From Hemiscyllium ocellatum (lineage: Eukaryota), in contig NW_026867476.1 in the NCBI RefSeq assembly GCF_020745735.1, positions 186,001 through 250,000 on the forward strand: 64,000 nucleotides of DNA. Reading direction: 5' to 3'. Position numbers and translations under genes: made by a program. This document shows positions 1-14,318 of this stretch, in pieces; position 1 is the first letter of the stretch, and every line of letters begins with the position of its first letter. The notes beneath the pieces were generated by a model. The model saw only the letters and a list, made by a program, of their open reading frames with translations. It was not told the origin of the DNA and searched no databases.

Positions 1-446
1 TTATGGATTAAAGGTTGGCTATGCTTGCTATGAATAATTTCATGACAACCACATTATGCTGTTTATCCCGAATTGAACAATAGCTCCTGGCCTTAACTCA
101 GTGACAGGAGAGCGATGTTTATTCCTGAGCTGATCACACTGACAGTTGATGTGGAGATGCGGTGTTGGGTTGGAGTGGAGAAAGACAAAACTGACATGAC
201 CCCAGGTTATAGCCCAATGGGTTTACTTGAAATAACAAGAATTTGAAGTGCTATTCCTTCGTCAGGTGCATTGACAGATATTTGATGCTGCATGTGTTGA
301 ACAACACTTGACAGTTATTTCAAAACAGGCAGAGACTCGGGTTGGCAGGTTTATGTTCAAAGACTGTTTCATAAAAAAAAATGCATATGTCAACAGCCGG
401 TGCTTTGACTAATTCATTACTGTCACTCTCTTTTGATTTATCACAG

Positions 447-1348
447 CCAACTTGCTGGCGATCATAATTCTATCTCATGGAAGATGCGGTCTCTCCCGAT
501 GCATCACCTACTACCTGGTGGCAATTGCGGTGAGTGACTTCCTTGTCATCACCAACGCAGTTATCCTCAATCGAATCAGCCGCTTCTATTTTCGGCAAAG
601 TGTCTTGTCCACCACTCCTGTGTGCACTCTCAGTGTCATATTGGTCTATGCTACACTCGACTGTTCGGTCTGGCTGACAGTCGCCTTTACCATCGACCGT
701 TTTGTGGCCATCTGCTATCAGAGACTGAAGACAAGATACTGCACCAAGAAAACTGCATCGCTCGTTATTGGAATGATCTGTGTCCTGAGTTGCATCAAGA
801 ACGCTCCTTTCTACCTTGCATTCCAGCCCTTGTTCATTTTGGACGGGATACCCTGGTTTTGTAACGTCAAAGCAAACTTCTATACCTGGCCAGTCTGGCA
901 GTTTCATGATTGGTTGTTTCGGGTCTTGAACCCTTTTCTCCCGTTCTTCCTCATTCTGTTGCTCAACGTCCTGACCATAAGACACATCCTAGCGGCCAAC
1001 AGGGCCCGCAGGAGGCTCTGTGGTGCTGCTAAGGGACAAGATCCAGAGATGGCTAATCGCCAGAGGTCCATTGCCTTACTTTTTGCCATCTCTTTAAGCT
1101 TCCTACTCATGTGGTCTCCTCTTCTCGTACATTTTATATATGTGCGGATTAAAGATGAGAGTTACTTTAGTGGGCTGGATTTCAGTGATCCGTTGTATAC
1201 CTTTGAAGAGACGACCAACACACTCCAGATACTTAGTTCTTGCAACAACGTCTTCATCTATATGGTCTCTCAGAACTTGTTTCGAAAGCAGATGAAGAAA
1301 ATTCTAATATACCCCTTTGTCACCCTCGCCAGGTCCTTTAAACGATGA
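447..1348 (+). CDS. Terminal coding exon of a GPR139/GPR142-like class A GPCR (shark-expanded family); first exon lies upstream of the window
   Basis: ORF 452-1348 has hydrophobic TM segments, TVAFTIDRFVAIC (DRY-like, TM3), PFFLILLLNVLTI (TM5) and NVFIY (NPxxY-like, TM7). A polypyrimidine tract and AG acceptor (445-446) precede a phase-1 exon start at 447. Confidence 0.88.
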
Positions 1349-2719
1349 GGGATTTGGAAATCACTTCATTTTATTCTTTCTCATTAAAGTTGCCCAGCGT
1401 GCACAGCTCCCTCATGCATCCTGAAACAGCAATTTAATGGACAGAAACAAGATTCGTAACGTTATATAAAGCCCATTCCCCTGCTTAACAGACATCGAAG
1501 GCAAAGCCTGAGGGAATGCACAGCTATTGGAAATGATTTACTACTGGGCAAGAAGCGAACTTTTGATTTAGAACCACTCTCACTTCTCCCAATCTTCATT
1601 CGTCTACTCCAAGGCAGTATTTGTTTATTCATTATTTTCCCATACTGTTTTCTTATTTCTTTCATTTCCCCATCTCATCATTCCTTGTTCACAAACTTGC
1701 TTCCAGCCTTCCTTCATCATTGTCTGCCTGCTTGCTGTTCTTTCCTTTCATGGGGATATCTTATCTGCCCATCCCATTTTTCACATTTCGACAACCTGCG
1801 GAGTAATGTGATCGTCAAGAAGACACATAACCCAGTACATCTGTTTGAACTGTGTCCTTAGGAATGGTGTGTGCTGTTTATTGTTTAGTCTGCATCTTTT
1901 ACGTTTACTCTCCTGTTGATAAACCTCGGATTCTTGAACACAGTAACAACATAATCAGGTTCTTCTGCAGTGTCTGCATCAGAATTCTTTCTGCATGCTT
2001 ATTCAAATAATCAGGAATAAATTCTCAAAACTGCAAATTTCTGGAGAAACTCAACACATTTGTGGGCATTTTGGAGAAAAAGATATTTTGACATAGACAG
2101 TCCAGTGACTGGGATTCAGAATATCACATTAAACATTCATTTATTTCTATTATCTGTTAGTGTTATATGCTTGTTTTTTTTTAATTTTCTTTTTGAGGAA
2201 GGCAGAAACTATGCATTTGGCCAAAGTTTTGCTGTTAAATTCATTTGTGCATTCATGGTCTCTGATTGTCATTTCGCTCTTTTTAATGAGTGAATGACCT
2301 AATGGTGCAGGTACGCCACCCATTGGCGTATTGGGGTATATTATTATTATTCGTATTGACAAACACGGTTTTCAGTACGAGAAATATTGTAGTACTTCAA
2401 CTTAATTCAGCTGCGTGAGGAAATAACTCAAGGGAGGAATTCACCGTTTCTGACAGGGGCTAGTTTATAGTACAACTTGAAAAGAAATGTGAAATATATT
2501 TCCTCCATTGTTGCCTGTTCAAAGTACTCCCCAAACAAACCAGACCCCAATTTGTGACATGGTTGAAGTCCTCTGTGTAGCAGAGGATTCCAGACATTTG
2601 AAGACACATATTGCAAAATCGTACCTTCCCTAAGCTTACATCTTATCTCTGGTGCTTCCATCTCACTGTAAGGTACCATCAGTAATTTCCTGCGAGTGCA
2701 AGAAGAAGATTTGGCTCTC

Positions 2720-3370
2720 ATAGACTTAGCGAGTTACTCTCCCCTACATCAAAGACATCTCTGAAGTGAGTGACAGACTATTCAGACGTGTTGGCGTCAT
2801 GGTAGCCCACAGACACACAACATACTAAAACGACAGCTAATGAACTTGGAAGACACATTACGGACAACAAGCAAAACTGATGTCATTTACAAAATACCTG
2901 ACACGAACTGTAACAAACACTGCAATGGACAAACAGGCAGAAAATTAGCCATCAGGGCACATGAGCATCAACTAGCCACAAAAATCATGACCAACTCTCA
3001 CGAGTATCCTTTCATACAGATTGGGAAGAACACCGCTTCGGGGGGATCAATACATCCATCCTAGGACAAGCCAAAAGAGATGTGAAAGAGAATGTCAAGA
3101 AGCATAACATTCCAACTGGAAAGCTGTCAACAAACACATTGACTTGGACACCATTTACCACATTCTGAGAAGAAAGAACAGGAAATGACATCAACACAGC
3201 AAATGGCATCACTGCCTGAAATTACATCATCAACCCACAGAAAACTAAACACACAAATAGAAAGCAGGTCCCAAACATCCGTGCCCCAGGTAAGGCTCAC
3301 TGATTATGTTATCGAGCATGGTGACGAAACGTCTGAAAACGAATCTTCCAGCTCAGCGTGCAAATTTACA
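2720..3370 (+). mobile_element. Penelope-like element 3' fragment (GIY-YIG), degenerate
   Basis: VIYKIPDTNCNKHCNGQTGRKLAIRAHEHQLATK; homologous to the better-preserved copy at 34554-35498; decayed hammerhead motif CTGATTA...GAAACGTC near 3297-3333. Confidence 0.85.
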
Positions 3371-3899
3371 TGCAGAATCTCAAAGACTTGATAGACACTG
3401 AGGTAGTTACTGTCACTAAACTCCCATCCATGATAAGCATTTTCACAAATTCCCAATTTTCTTACTCTCAAGACTCTTCATTCAATGCTTCACTCTTTCA
3501 TTTTGTGATAGTTTATCGTATTCCATGTCAACGTGTGCCACCATAATATCCACGTACACCAACCCCGATTATTGGCCCCGAATAGCAAAGTCTTGTGTAC
3601 CAACAAACTGTTCAATTCAAAATACAGACCCTCAAACCACATTCCCCACATGAGGGTCAGGTACCATGTTGGAAATTACACTTTCCAAACTACGATCTCT
3701 CAAATCAAAGTGATGCTGATTACACGGACAAAGAGAGAATGTGCTGGAAAAATGGAATGAAAGTGAAGCACCGATAAATATATATCAGAGTTTAATAAGA
3801 ACTGAGTAGTATAGAGAGAATATAACAGAAGACTGATAGATATGAAATGGTAGTCACTATTCCAGCTAAATTCCAGGAGAGGAAGTCACACACGGCTAG

Positions 3900-5520
3900 A
3901 GATGCACATGGACAACAGGGCACCACGTTATGGCCGAAGTAGGACATGGATAAAGAAGGCATTGATTCGGAAAGTGCAGACCAGCTAAACTCACTGATGG
4001 ATAAAATCTATAATGCAATTCTGAGAGATTCGAGTAATGCGCACTTGCACAGGTAGGGATTATTTAAGAACAGACAGCATTGTGCTCTGAAGGGAAACAC
4101 GTGACTGACCAACATGATTGAGGTTTTCGAATAGGTGACCGGGAGTGCTGATGAGGAGAATGCATTTGACAGACACTACTTAGATTACTTACAGTGTGGA
4201 AACAGGCCCTTCGGCCCAACAAGTCCACACCGACCCGCCGAAGCGCAACCCACCCATACATTTACCCCTTACCTAACATTACGGGCAATTTAGCATGGCC
4301 AATTCACCTGACCCGCACATCTTTGGACTGTGAGGAGGAAACCGGAGCACCCGGAGGAAATCCACGCAGACACGGGGAGAATGTGCAAACTCCACACAGT
4401 CAGTCGCCTGAGGCGGGAATTGAACCCGGGTCTCTGACGCTGTGAGGCAGCAGTGCTAACCACTGTGCCACCGTGCTGCCCAAATGGAATGAAACTTACA
4501 CCGAAGCATGGCTTTCAACAAGTTCCCTCGTGAGAGATTGATAGAAAGAAAAAAATCCCAGGGGAGGCAAAGATAAAAGCCAATGGAATATAGGGAAATT
4601 GAAGTATTTGTTTTCCGAGTCCGGAGAAAAATAAGAAGAATACACTAATGGTTTGGAGCTGGTTTTTTCTTTTCTGACCAGAAACCTGTGTTCAGTTGAA
4701 TTCCACAGTGTTGTAGACCTTTCTCTTGTGGTTTATATTTTAAAACTTCAAACAGAAACTTTGGCCGTGTTGTTTAGTAAGTTCGTGGATGATATGAAGA
4801 TCTAAATTTTGATGAATAGTGAAGAAGCTCGTCTTCGATTCCAGGAGGAGATCGACGGGTACATCAGGTTAGCTGATCATAGGCAAATTGAATTATGTCC
4901 AACAACTATGAAATTATCGATGTAACAGGACAAACAAGCAAAGGAACACATGACGAACTATAGAACATTAAGAAGCTCTGCCTACCACAAGGGTTTAAGA
5001 GTGTATATCCAATGGTCCCTCAAGGTAGTAGGACAAGGTACAATGGCAACTGAGAATCTTGACTTCAGTAGATGAATCATCGCGTTTACAGTGGGGAAGT
5101 AATGGTGGAACTGTGTAAGATTGTGTTCGAATGCAACTATATTATTGTGTCCAGGTCTTTAATCCAAGTTTTAAGAGAGATTGTCTTGCACTCCAGAGGA
5201 TTGAGAGGAGACCTGCATATGTGAATTGAGTTCAAGTATTTTAGTCATGAAAAGAGCATGGAAAGACTAAGCTTGTTTTCCGTGCAGCAAAGGAGACTGG
5301 TGGGAAGGAGTAATTGAAAATTTAAAAATTTTGAAAGGCATAGATTTAGATAAGGAGCAGGATGTTCAGAGGAGATAAGAGTATTTTTAGGTCAGCCAGA
5401 GGGTTTGCGAATCTGCAAGTCACTGTCTTAAGTTTGGTAGAGATACAAAACAAAATGACAATATTTGAGATTTTCTCAGATGTGGAATTGCGATGCCAAG
5501 CCATAGAAGGCAATTGGTAA
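3900..5520 (+). mobile_element. Degenerate CR1-type LINE ORF2 (RT) fragment interrupted by a SINE
   Basis: Remnants of QHGF..G.SCLTNLIE and AFxKVPHERL motifs on either side of the SINE; many stops and frameshifts. Confidence 0.7.
4178..4481 (-). mobile_element. tRNA-derived SINE (HE1/V-SINE-like, typical of sharks)
   Basis: Minus strand starts gggcagcacggtggcacagtggttagcactgctgcc (A box) and ...gggttcaattccc (B box), followed by the central domain and tail. Confidence 0.9.
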
Positions 5521-5559
5521 AGAGTTCAAAGATGAGATTAGATTAATTAAATTCTACTT

Positions 5560-5702
5560 ATTGATGCTCCAAATGACATTTTCCTCTGCCATAAAAAACT
5601 TTCATTCTCCAACACGATGGATAAATGTTCATTTGTCGATGTCTAAATGCCTGTTTATGCACGCTTCTGTGTTTCAGTCCGTTTGTGTGTGTGTGTGTTT
5701 GT

Positions 5703-5733
<31 letters not shown>

Positions 5734-6120
5734 AGTGAGTGTGTCCACACGTGCATACAAACATGTTCACGTGTATGTATGTGGGGTTGTAACTGTGGTT
5801 TTGCGTCCATATTCGTTTTGGTGTCTCTTTGAATATGCGTTCATATGTGTGTATTTCGCTGTGCATTGTTGGCCGGTCTGTCTCTGTGTCCGCATTGGTA
5901 GAATTTCAAAACATTGCAAATGTTCATCTGGAGCGTCTATGGATTTGTCTGAAATCTTTCTCAGAAGGTGTTGGCAGCAGTGGTGGGAGAGAAACTGTGC
6001 GGAGGAATAATTATTCATTCACAATGTTACGGTTTCATTCCTGGTTTCTTTGTCTTTTTATTTTTCATGGCACAGTGCCACCATCGGCTGGAGTATAATC
6101 GCTTCAACATTAAAACACGT
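5560..6120 (-). repeat. TG/CA-rich retroelement tail with (TG)n microsatellite near 5683-5735
   Basis: Long TG run; similar low-complexity tails at about 16850-17100, 24230-24400 and 25250-25550. Confidence 0.6.
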
Positions 6121-7001
6121 TGAAGCTCACTCGGAGGACAGTGACACATAGCACCATTTAAACTGACAACAGCATCAATTCATCTCCAGGGTCATTTTGT
6201 AGGAGGTGCCATTGATGTGGTTCATATTGTATCAAACTCAAATAGGTACAGTGCGTGCAGATGATCACAGTGAGTAACAGGGACATTGAGTAGAACTTTG
6301 GCCTATATCAAAAAGGGAATGAAGTCTGGAGTTAAATTTCTGAGTTGTCTCAGAAGCATTTCGCTAACAGAATGAACCAAGCTCAATGTAATGTCCTCGC
6401 TGTCGGTGCTTGAGGGCTTTGCAGCACACTGTTCTTCGTGTTTGCTTAGGTTATTTCTTGGTCCCCGATTTTATGCGAGACAAATTGTGTTAAACGATAA
6501 GAAAATAAAATCAATTGGGACAGTTCTGAGAAACATTATTATCTGCAGTTCACTGGAATGAGAACAATTTCAGGTCGTTCCCGTTCCTTGTCCAGTCGTC
6601 ACGAATTGTGGTACAAGGCGCTGAAATCTGATTGGACGACATCAACTGACGCTGGCAGCCACGAAACAAAATCGGGTCCCATCTAACGTCTCAGGTGCAA
6701 CATTTTATCGTCAGCGCCCTCTATTCAAATGCGCCATTATCGCTGCAATAAAACAATCCACCTTCAGTTCTCTCTGTTCTAAACCACCATTCGCTCTGAA
6801 AACATTTCGACTATTATTAATTCCTCATTCTGCTGCATCTCTCTTAACAGGTACATTATCCACTCTGTAATAATTCTCACTTGTCTGCGACACTGACGAC
6901 TTGCTATTTAATCGTGCTCTCCCTTCACTTCCATTGTGTTCCGTTACATTGATTCTAAAATGTAACGCTACAAAATGTTTTTCAAATCTAAATTTATGCA
7001 G

Positions 7002-7325
7002 TTTTGGTCGTGTGTGCACGAGTAAAGTACAGAGACTCAGATTAAAGAAAACTTAGTAAGAGTTAACATTAGTTATTAGTTTTCTGCTACCTCCTACTTT
7101 TTTTGTAACTGTGCTGTCAGGGCCCTGCAGAGTTACCTCCATCCCACCACATGGTAACCGTTTCAAAGCAGACGGCGTTGGCGATCGATTTTCTGCATTT
7201 CTGCATGTTTTGAACCGTGAGGGGGATGTCACCATCAGCGAACTGTGGCTGTCCGACTGGTCGGTGTATTTCTGCAGGCTGTGAGACACAATGACAGGAG
7301 CCAGAATGATCCTTGTGCCAAACAT
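7002..7325 (+). pseudogene. TCR V pseudogene with degenerate RSS
   Basis: 3' part reads GNRFKADGVGDRFSAFLHVLNREGDVTISELWLSDWSVYFCRL*. It is followed by heptamer CACAATG (7287-7293), a 23-nt spacer and a weak nonamer GCCAAACAT. The 5' part is frameshifted. Confidence 0.75.
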
Positions 7326-8720
7326 TTGTTGTGATGGAGAATGTTGAATGTACTGGGGGCAGATTGAAAAGAAGCCTGCATTTACTAAACCTGGCACCAA
7401 TTCGTGCTGCTTTAGAATAGAAAACTGGTTTATGTGTAGGCCACTTGGCCCCTCGGAACTAAAGTAAATTCAGTATGGTCATGACTGGTCATGCAATTTT
7501 AGTGCACTACTCTCATTTCTCTCCATGCCCCTTGAACCATATATCAGCAAGGGCCATGTCCAGCTCCACAATGAAAATTGATAATTAACAGACCCAACAG
7601 CTGTCTGTGATACAGAATTCCCCACAGGTTCAGAACAGTGGCGTCAGTCAGCTGTGGTTCAAAAAGTTGTAGCCGCACAGTCCAATCAGATTTATTGCTT
7701 GTCACTGAGAAACGATTCGGTGGAGATTTTCTGCATTGCCACTAAAGCTATTCTCATGTACCAAATACTCAATGGATCCACTTGAATATTGAAGATCCCA
7801 GAACACGTAAGGCAATTGTTGCTTGTCACTGTGTAATTACGGAATAATTGAACATCATGTCCTTCATTTACTGAGGTTTCCGCCGGTGTCTGTTAAACTG
7901 AGTCAGCTTGACAATGCCCTGTTAAAGAAAAGACACATAAGAAGTCAAAGAATTATATATCACTGTGATTTCTCCCCAGAAACAATTGAACAAATGCGAC
8001 ACTTACTTGTCAAATAATGTACAAGCACATATAGAAACATATGAAGGACGACATGTTCTCCAACGAATAATTTCATCTGCTTTAGTGCACTTTTGGTGCC
8101 ATCTTTGATGTCCTTTACTCCACCTGCGTTGTAAAGCAAAATTAATATACACCTGGTGTTTATCATATGTAACATATAGTTCCCTGTGATGAGCCTGATC
8201 CATGAACGATTCAGCAAAAACTTGCAGCTGGCGTATGCAATTTACTTTAGAGACGAATTGAGGAAGGTTCCAACTCTTTTCTTTTTAGATCAATACGTGG
8301 AGATTTCTGTGCTCTGATTAATTGTCATAACTGCGACATTTGTGAAATGAAGTCATGAACAAATTCTCAACTTACCATCTAAGACAGCTGTAGCAGAAAC
8401 ATTAAAATAAAAATAAACTCCTAATATGTTTCGAGAGAAATGATGGAAGATTTGAACACAAATGAGTTATTTCTGAATTGATTATTCGTCATGAGATAAG
8501 ATGGCATATCGATATTGTGCTCTCTACTGATTGGTTTCTTATGCCAGAGACAGAAGGTAACGTCCAATCAGGTTGGAAATCCATTGTTTTGCAAAAAAAA
8601 ACCAATGAGCTCTTCGGTTTTACTGCTGCATTTCTCTTTGTGCGAAATTGTATCACGTGGTGCGGCAGAAGGACATTGCCTCCTATCCAGAGAAAACCCG
8701 AGATATGCATTTTCTCTCTG

Positions 8721-11700
8721 AAATGAGGACTGCAGATGCTGTAGATCAAAGTCAAGTTTAGAGTGGTGCTGAAAAGCACAGCAGGTCAGGCAGCAAAATC
8801 AACATTTTGGGCATAAGCCCTTCATCAGGTAAAAGGCTAGGAGCCTCCAGAGTGGAGAGATAAATGGGAGGGGGCGGGGGTGAGGAGAATGCACCTAAGA
8901 GTACAATAGTTGGACGGAGGTGGGGATGAAGATGATATGTCGGAGAAGAGGGTGGAGCAGATAAGTGTGAAGGAAGATTCGCAGGTAGGAAAGGTCATGA
9001 GGATGGTGAAGAGATGTGAAGTTGGAATTGGGTACGGTGGGGGAAGGGAAATGAGGAAACTGGTGAAGTCCACAATGATGCCCTGAGGTCGAAGTGTTCT
9101 GTGGTGGAAAATGAGGCGTTCTTCCTCCAGGCGCCAAGCAGTGAGGGAGTGGCGGTGGAAGAGGCCCAGGATCTGCATGTCCACGGCAGAGTCGTGGAGG
9201 GGCGTAGAAATTTTCGGCCACGGGGCCGTCGGGCTGATTGGTGCCAGTGTTCCGGAGATGTTCCCTTCAGTGCACTGCAACAAGGCGTCCAGTCTCTCCA
9301 ATGTAAAGGAGCCCACACCTTTGGAGCCTTGGATGGAGGTGAGGGGACCGTGTGGGCGCAGGTTTTGCAATTCCTGCGGTGGCAGCGGAAGATACCAGGA
9401 GGGGAGGGTGCCTTACGTGGGGCACGAACCTGACCAGGTTGTCACAGAGGCAATGGTCCTTGCGAAAGGTGGATAGAAATGGCGAGGGAAATGTATCCCT
9501 GGCGGTGAGGTCTATTTGTAGGTGGCAGAAATGTCGGCGAATGATGCGGGTAATGCGGAGATTGGTGGAGTGGACGTTGAGGACCTGGGGGTTCAGTCCT
9601 TGTTGCGGTTTGAGGGATGGGCTTTGAAGGCGGAGGTGCAAAACGTTGATGAGATGCGTTAGAGGGTATCTTAGACCATGTCGGAGGAGAACTTACAGTC
9701 TTTAAAGAAGGAGGCCATCTGGTGTTCTCTGTGGTGGAACGGATACAGAGAAGGCAGAGGAATTGGGAACACGAGTTAGCATGGGAAGAGGTGAAATCCA
9801 GTTAGCTGTGGGAGTCGATGGGTTTGTAAAAATATGTCACTTTTGAATTGATCGTCATTAATGGAGTGGTCGAGGTCTAGGAAGGGGAGGGAGGTGTACA
9901 GATTGTGCACGTTAATTTAAAGTCGAGGTGGAATGTGTTGGTGAAGTTGATGAAATGCTGAACCCTCTCACGGGAGCACGAAGTGGCACTGATGCAGCCA
10001 TCAATGTAGTAGAGGAAGAGGTGGGGAGTGGTGCCAGTGTAACTACGGCTGATGGACTGTTCTACATAACCAACAAAGAGACAAGCATAGTTGGGGTCCA
10101 GGCGGGTGTCCACTGATACCTCTTTCATCTAGAGGAAGTGGGAGCATTCGATTGAGAAAATGTTAAGTGGGAGGGCCAATTCAGCCAAACGAATGAGAGT
10201 GTCAGCGGAAGGGAACTGGTGGGTACCTCTGGAGAGGAAGAAACGGAGGGCTTGGATGCCTACTCATGGCGGGTGGATGTCCATAGTGACGATGAGGCGT
10301 TGGGAGCTGGGAAAATGGAAGTCTTGGTGGAAGTGGTGGGCTTGGGTGTTGTATCGAACGTACGTGGGGAGTTCCTGGACTAGGGAGATAGGACAGTATT
10401 GAGGTAGGTGGAGAAGAGTTCGGTGGGGCAGGAGTAGGCTGAGACGATTGGTCGGCTGGGGTGGTCAGGCTGGTGGATATTCGGAAGGAGGTAGAATTGC
10501 TCACTGCGAGGTTTCCAAAATCTGAGTTTGGAAGCTGTGGGTGGGAGACCTCCTGATGTGATGAGGTTATGTATGGTCTGGGAGATGATGGTTTGAAGTT
10601 GGGGGGTGAGGTCTTGATCGAGGGAGCAGCAGGAGGAGGTGCCTTTGAGTTGGGGCCTGGCTTCATTGGTGTAGTTGTCAGTGCACCCCCTTTATCAGCT
10701 GGTTTGATGAGATTGGGATTGCAGCAGAGGGAGTCGAGACTTTGCGTTGGGAGGGCGTGAGTTTCGAGTGAGGGAGGAGGCAGATAGGTTGAGACGGTAA
10801 ATGTCTCGGTGGCAGATGGAAAGGAAAAGATCGAGTGTAGGTAATAGGCCAGTATGGCGCGTCCAGTGGATGGTCTGTGTTGGACGTGAATGAAGGGGTC
10901 CTCGGAAGGTGGGCAGGCATCCTGATTGAAAACATAAGCACGGAGGCGGAGGCAGTGGAAGAAGTGTTTGACGTTCCAACGAGGATTGAATTCGTTGATG
11001 GAAGGACAGAAGGGGATGAAGGTAAGGCCTTTGCTCTGGACTTATCGCTCATCCTCAGTGAGCGGGAGATCTGAATGGATAGTAAAAAGTCGGCAGGGCT
11101 CGGAGCTAGGACCTGGTATAGGTATGGCACAGGGAGTGGGGTCAGAGACTGTAAATGGAGTGGGAGAGGTGGTGGGGAGATGGGGGTATCATTACCAAAG
11201 ATGATCTTTCCCTCATGCTTCTTGGATGCGGAGATTGTGACAGTGGGATATGTAGGGGGCGTGTCGGCAGTATGCAAGTGAATGGCGTTGGTGAGGGCAC
11301 AAGTGTTAGCAACGACTGAAGTTGGGGGCAGAAGTAGCGGAACGTGTGACGTCAGCGTAGAATGGAGGGACGGAAGTGATGTCACGCATGTTGTATTTGG
11401 AATGTTTGGGGGCAGAAGTGACTCCAGAAGCGGCCGCGTTTGGGGCGGAAGTGACGTCATCGATCACCGTGGGTTGGGTGCCTCGTGGGTAATGGAGGGC
11501 AACCATGTCAGGAGGTCGAGTGAAGCTGCTGGAAAGTTTGAGGAATGCTGGTTATGGAGGTGGGTATATAAAGGTTGGCTGTGCTTACAGTTTTATTGAT
11601 ATTTGAGATGTTGTAGAAAATCTGATTGTTGAGAGTATGCCTTATTCTTAGGATATGTTCCAGAAGGGGCCCTTTGCAGTTCTGACAGTGTGGCCCTCAG

Positions 11701-12500
11701 TGGAGGCACAGCTCACTGTACAGAGGTTAGGTGGTGGCACATGGTTGCGAGTGTTGAGTGGAGAATCCTGAAGGAAAACCATTGTTGATATTTTCAGTCT
11801 GTACTGGTTGTCCTGTTGGGATCTAAACTGTGCTGGTTTGAATGTAGTTCGGTTTTCATGTGGGATCCGTTGGTTCTGGAGGCAAACACTGAGGAGACCG
11901 ATGTAGCTGTGGTCTCGAGTCTGTTTCAGGACATGGTTGAAGAGCTTCAGGGCAGAGGAAATGATCTGGGGGTTGAAGTAAGAGAGAGACTCACTGAGAT
12001 CTTTGTAGAGAGAGGGGAACTTCTTCAAGGACGGCATCCTTGCAAGAGGATTCGCACTAAGATTAAAATCAACTTGGCGAAAGTGAGGACTGCAGATGCT
12101 GGAGATCAGAGTCAAGATTAGATTGGTGCTGGAAAAGCACAGCAGGTCAGGCAGCATCCGTGGAGCAGGAAAACCGGCGTTTTGGGCAAAAGCTCTTCAG
12201 CAGGAATGAGGCTGGAAGCGTTTGGTGTGGAGAAATAGATGTGAGGGGGTTGGGGTTGAGGAGAAGGTAACTAACAGTCCAATACGTGGATGGAGGTGAG
12301 GATGAAGGTGATAGGTCGGAGAGGAGGGTGGAACAGATCAATTGGAAGGAAGATTAGCAGGTAGGGCAGGTCATGAGGATAATGCTGAGTTGGAAGGTTG
12401 GAACTCAGGTAAGGTGGGGGAGGGGAAATAAGGAATCTGGTAAAGTCCACATTGATGGTCTGGGTTTGAGGCCTTCAAAACTGGAAGATGAGCCGTCTTC
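8721..12500 (-). mobile_element. Near full-length degenerate Penelope-like element with upstream partial repeat (pseudo-LTR, about 12073-12500)
   Basis: Minus strand carries the N-terminal LKLFNHVLKQTR... segment (11648-12157 ORF), RT remnants (YACLFVGYVEQ, YIDGCI) and GIY-YIG (LLYIGETGR). The 3' terminus at 8721-8830 is repeated at 12073-12205. Confidence 0.85.
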
Positions 12501-13886
12501 TGTCAACTACAAAGCCTTTCATTTTTAATCAGTGTTGTTACTGTATAGTAAGAGATTAATTATTGACAGTTACATGGTCAACGTAAACACTCGCATCATG
12601 CAAAAGAATAATTTGCATTATCTTTCGAAATGTGGAGATTTCTGGAAGTGTCAAACAACATTGAACAGACGTGTTCTGTTTCCGTTACAGCTCTTCATTG
12701 CTGCATATATAAAATGGCGAGTTTAGAGAGGAAATCACAGTTAAACCTGTACCTGATGGGTTGAAGTCCACAATAAGTTCGAGAGAACGACAGATTTTGC
12801 TTCCAGCACGATTTTTTTTGAAATAAATGGATTTTAATCCAAACCAGTACTCCCTTCAAATACTAGCACGAATTCCAGATGTTTGTTTGATTAACTAAAT
12901 TCAAGTTACCACGTTGCATGAGCAGAATTCAGATCATGAAATGACATTGTTATTCCAGAACGAGAGAATTTGTGATCCGGTGCACAACATTGATGTTAAC
13001 AAAGCTGGACTTCGACAATGACGAGTTTGGAGCTTCCTTTTCTCAAAATATTAGTGCAATAGTCTTGCCTACAAAACCTCTAAATGCACAAGTTGCCACA
13101 ACATTTTGCTCCATAATTGTGCCTCATTATTATTGTTATTATTCCTGTCATGAAATACTTCACTCCACACTTGTAAAAAAGCGGAATTTATATCGAGTTC
13201 AAATTGAAGCCTTTCTTCCCTTCTTTGAATTTAAACTTTCAGACACACTTGTCAATTTATGTCGGTTTTAAGCAAGTTAAATCACCGAAGAAGCGATGAT
13301 AATCCGACCTTCATTGACTGTGAAATTAAAATACAGATAAGAACCTGATTCACACTCTTTGTGCATACTAATAATTTTGGTGCAAAGGTTTTCATTTCCA
13401 TTTTGCATCATAGTGAGAATTGCGTTTTGTCCATTGTAACTTACGCAGTTCATAGAGCAGTTACTCGTGTTACTGCTGAAATGGGACCATTCAATGAATT
13501 GGATTTCCTACACATTGTATTTAGAGAGACACGAGAAAAGGGCATTTGTGTTCAGACACAGTATATAATTGTGATGTAGAGAGCTCTGACGATTGGGAGA
13601 GTCAGACAGGTTCTCGGGGGACTGCAAATACATAGATGCAGACAAAGACAGTATATGGAAACAGGAAAACAACCGGAAAACGTAATATTCTCTGAACAAC
13701 AGTGATTGGTGTTCTACTTTCGTCAGCTCTGAGCGGTCAAGCAATCCTGTTTCATCCGAAACGCATCCTCTCTTTTTCCCCAGGACAAAGTGTGCACCTG
13801 ATCTGACTTCACTGTTCCACATCGGATTGGAGTTCTTATCTTATTTCATAGACTCCGTTATTACTGTGCAAATGTGGAGAAAGAAA

Positions 13887-14318
13887 ATGTTCCTCCCGTA
13901 CTCCTTACTAATAATAGTGGTGGTGCTGCGTGGTAAGTCTATGTTTAAGCATGCAATATCTCCTACACGAGTGATGTTCCCTCCGAGACATTCGATATAT
14001 TTGTCTTTTTGCAGGAACTAATGGCGAAGATGCAGTTTTCCAAGATCCACACGAAGTAATGGTCCTGGAGCGAGAGAATATAACATTGAATTGCAGCTAC
14101 TCGACATCTTCTTTTAAAGCTCTGTTCTGGTACATTCAGCATCCTGGGGATGAACCGAGATATTTCGTGAAAATATACAGCACGGGGAAGGTAGAAAGGT
14201 CTAAAGAATTTCAAGACAGATTCTCTGCTGTTTTGAACAGGCAAAGCCAGACGTTTTCTTTAAAAGTCTCTCCAGTTCTTCTCACCGATAGCGTCATGTA
14301 TTTCTGTGCCATGGAGCC
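13887..14318 (+). CDS. TCR alpha/delta-type V gene segment, apparently functional (leader 13887-13932, intron 13933-14014, V exon 14015-14318)
   Basis: Leader MFLPYSLLIIVVVLR with phase-1 GTAAGT donor; V reads ITLNCSY..LFWYIQ..DSVMYFCAME with no stops. Confidence 0.95.

Noticed and set aside
7827-7833. CACTGTG heptamer as a possible J/D RSS
   Set aside because: No nonamer at 12 nt and no FGxG motif downstream; other isolated heptamers (6267, about 44139) also fail.
8837-11599. Many overlapping 60-260 aa ORFs
   Set aside because: Alternative-frame and antisense ORFs of a GC-skewed PLE.
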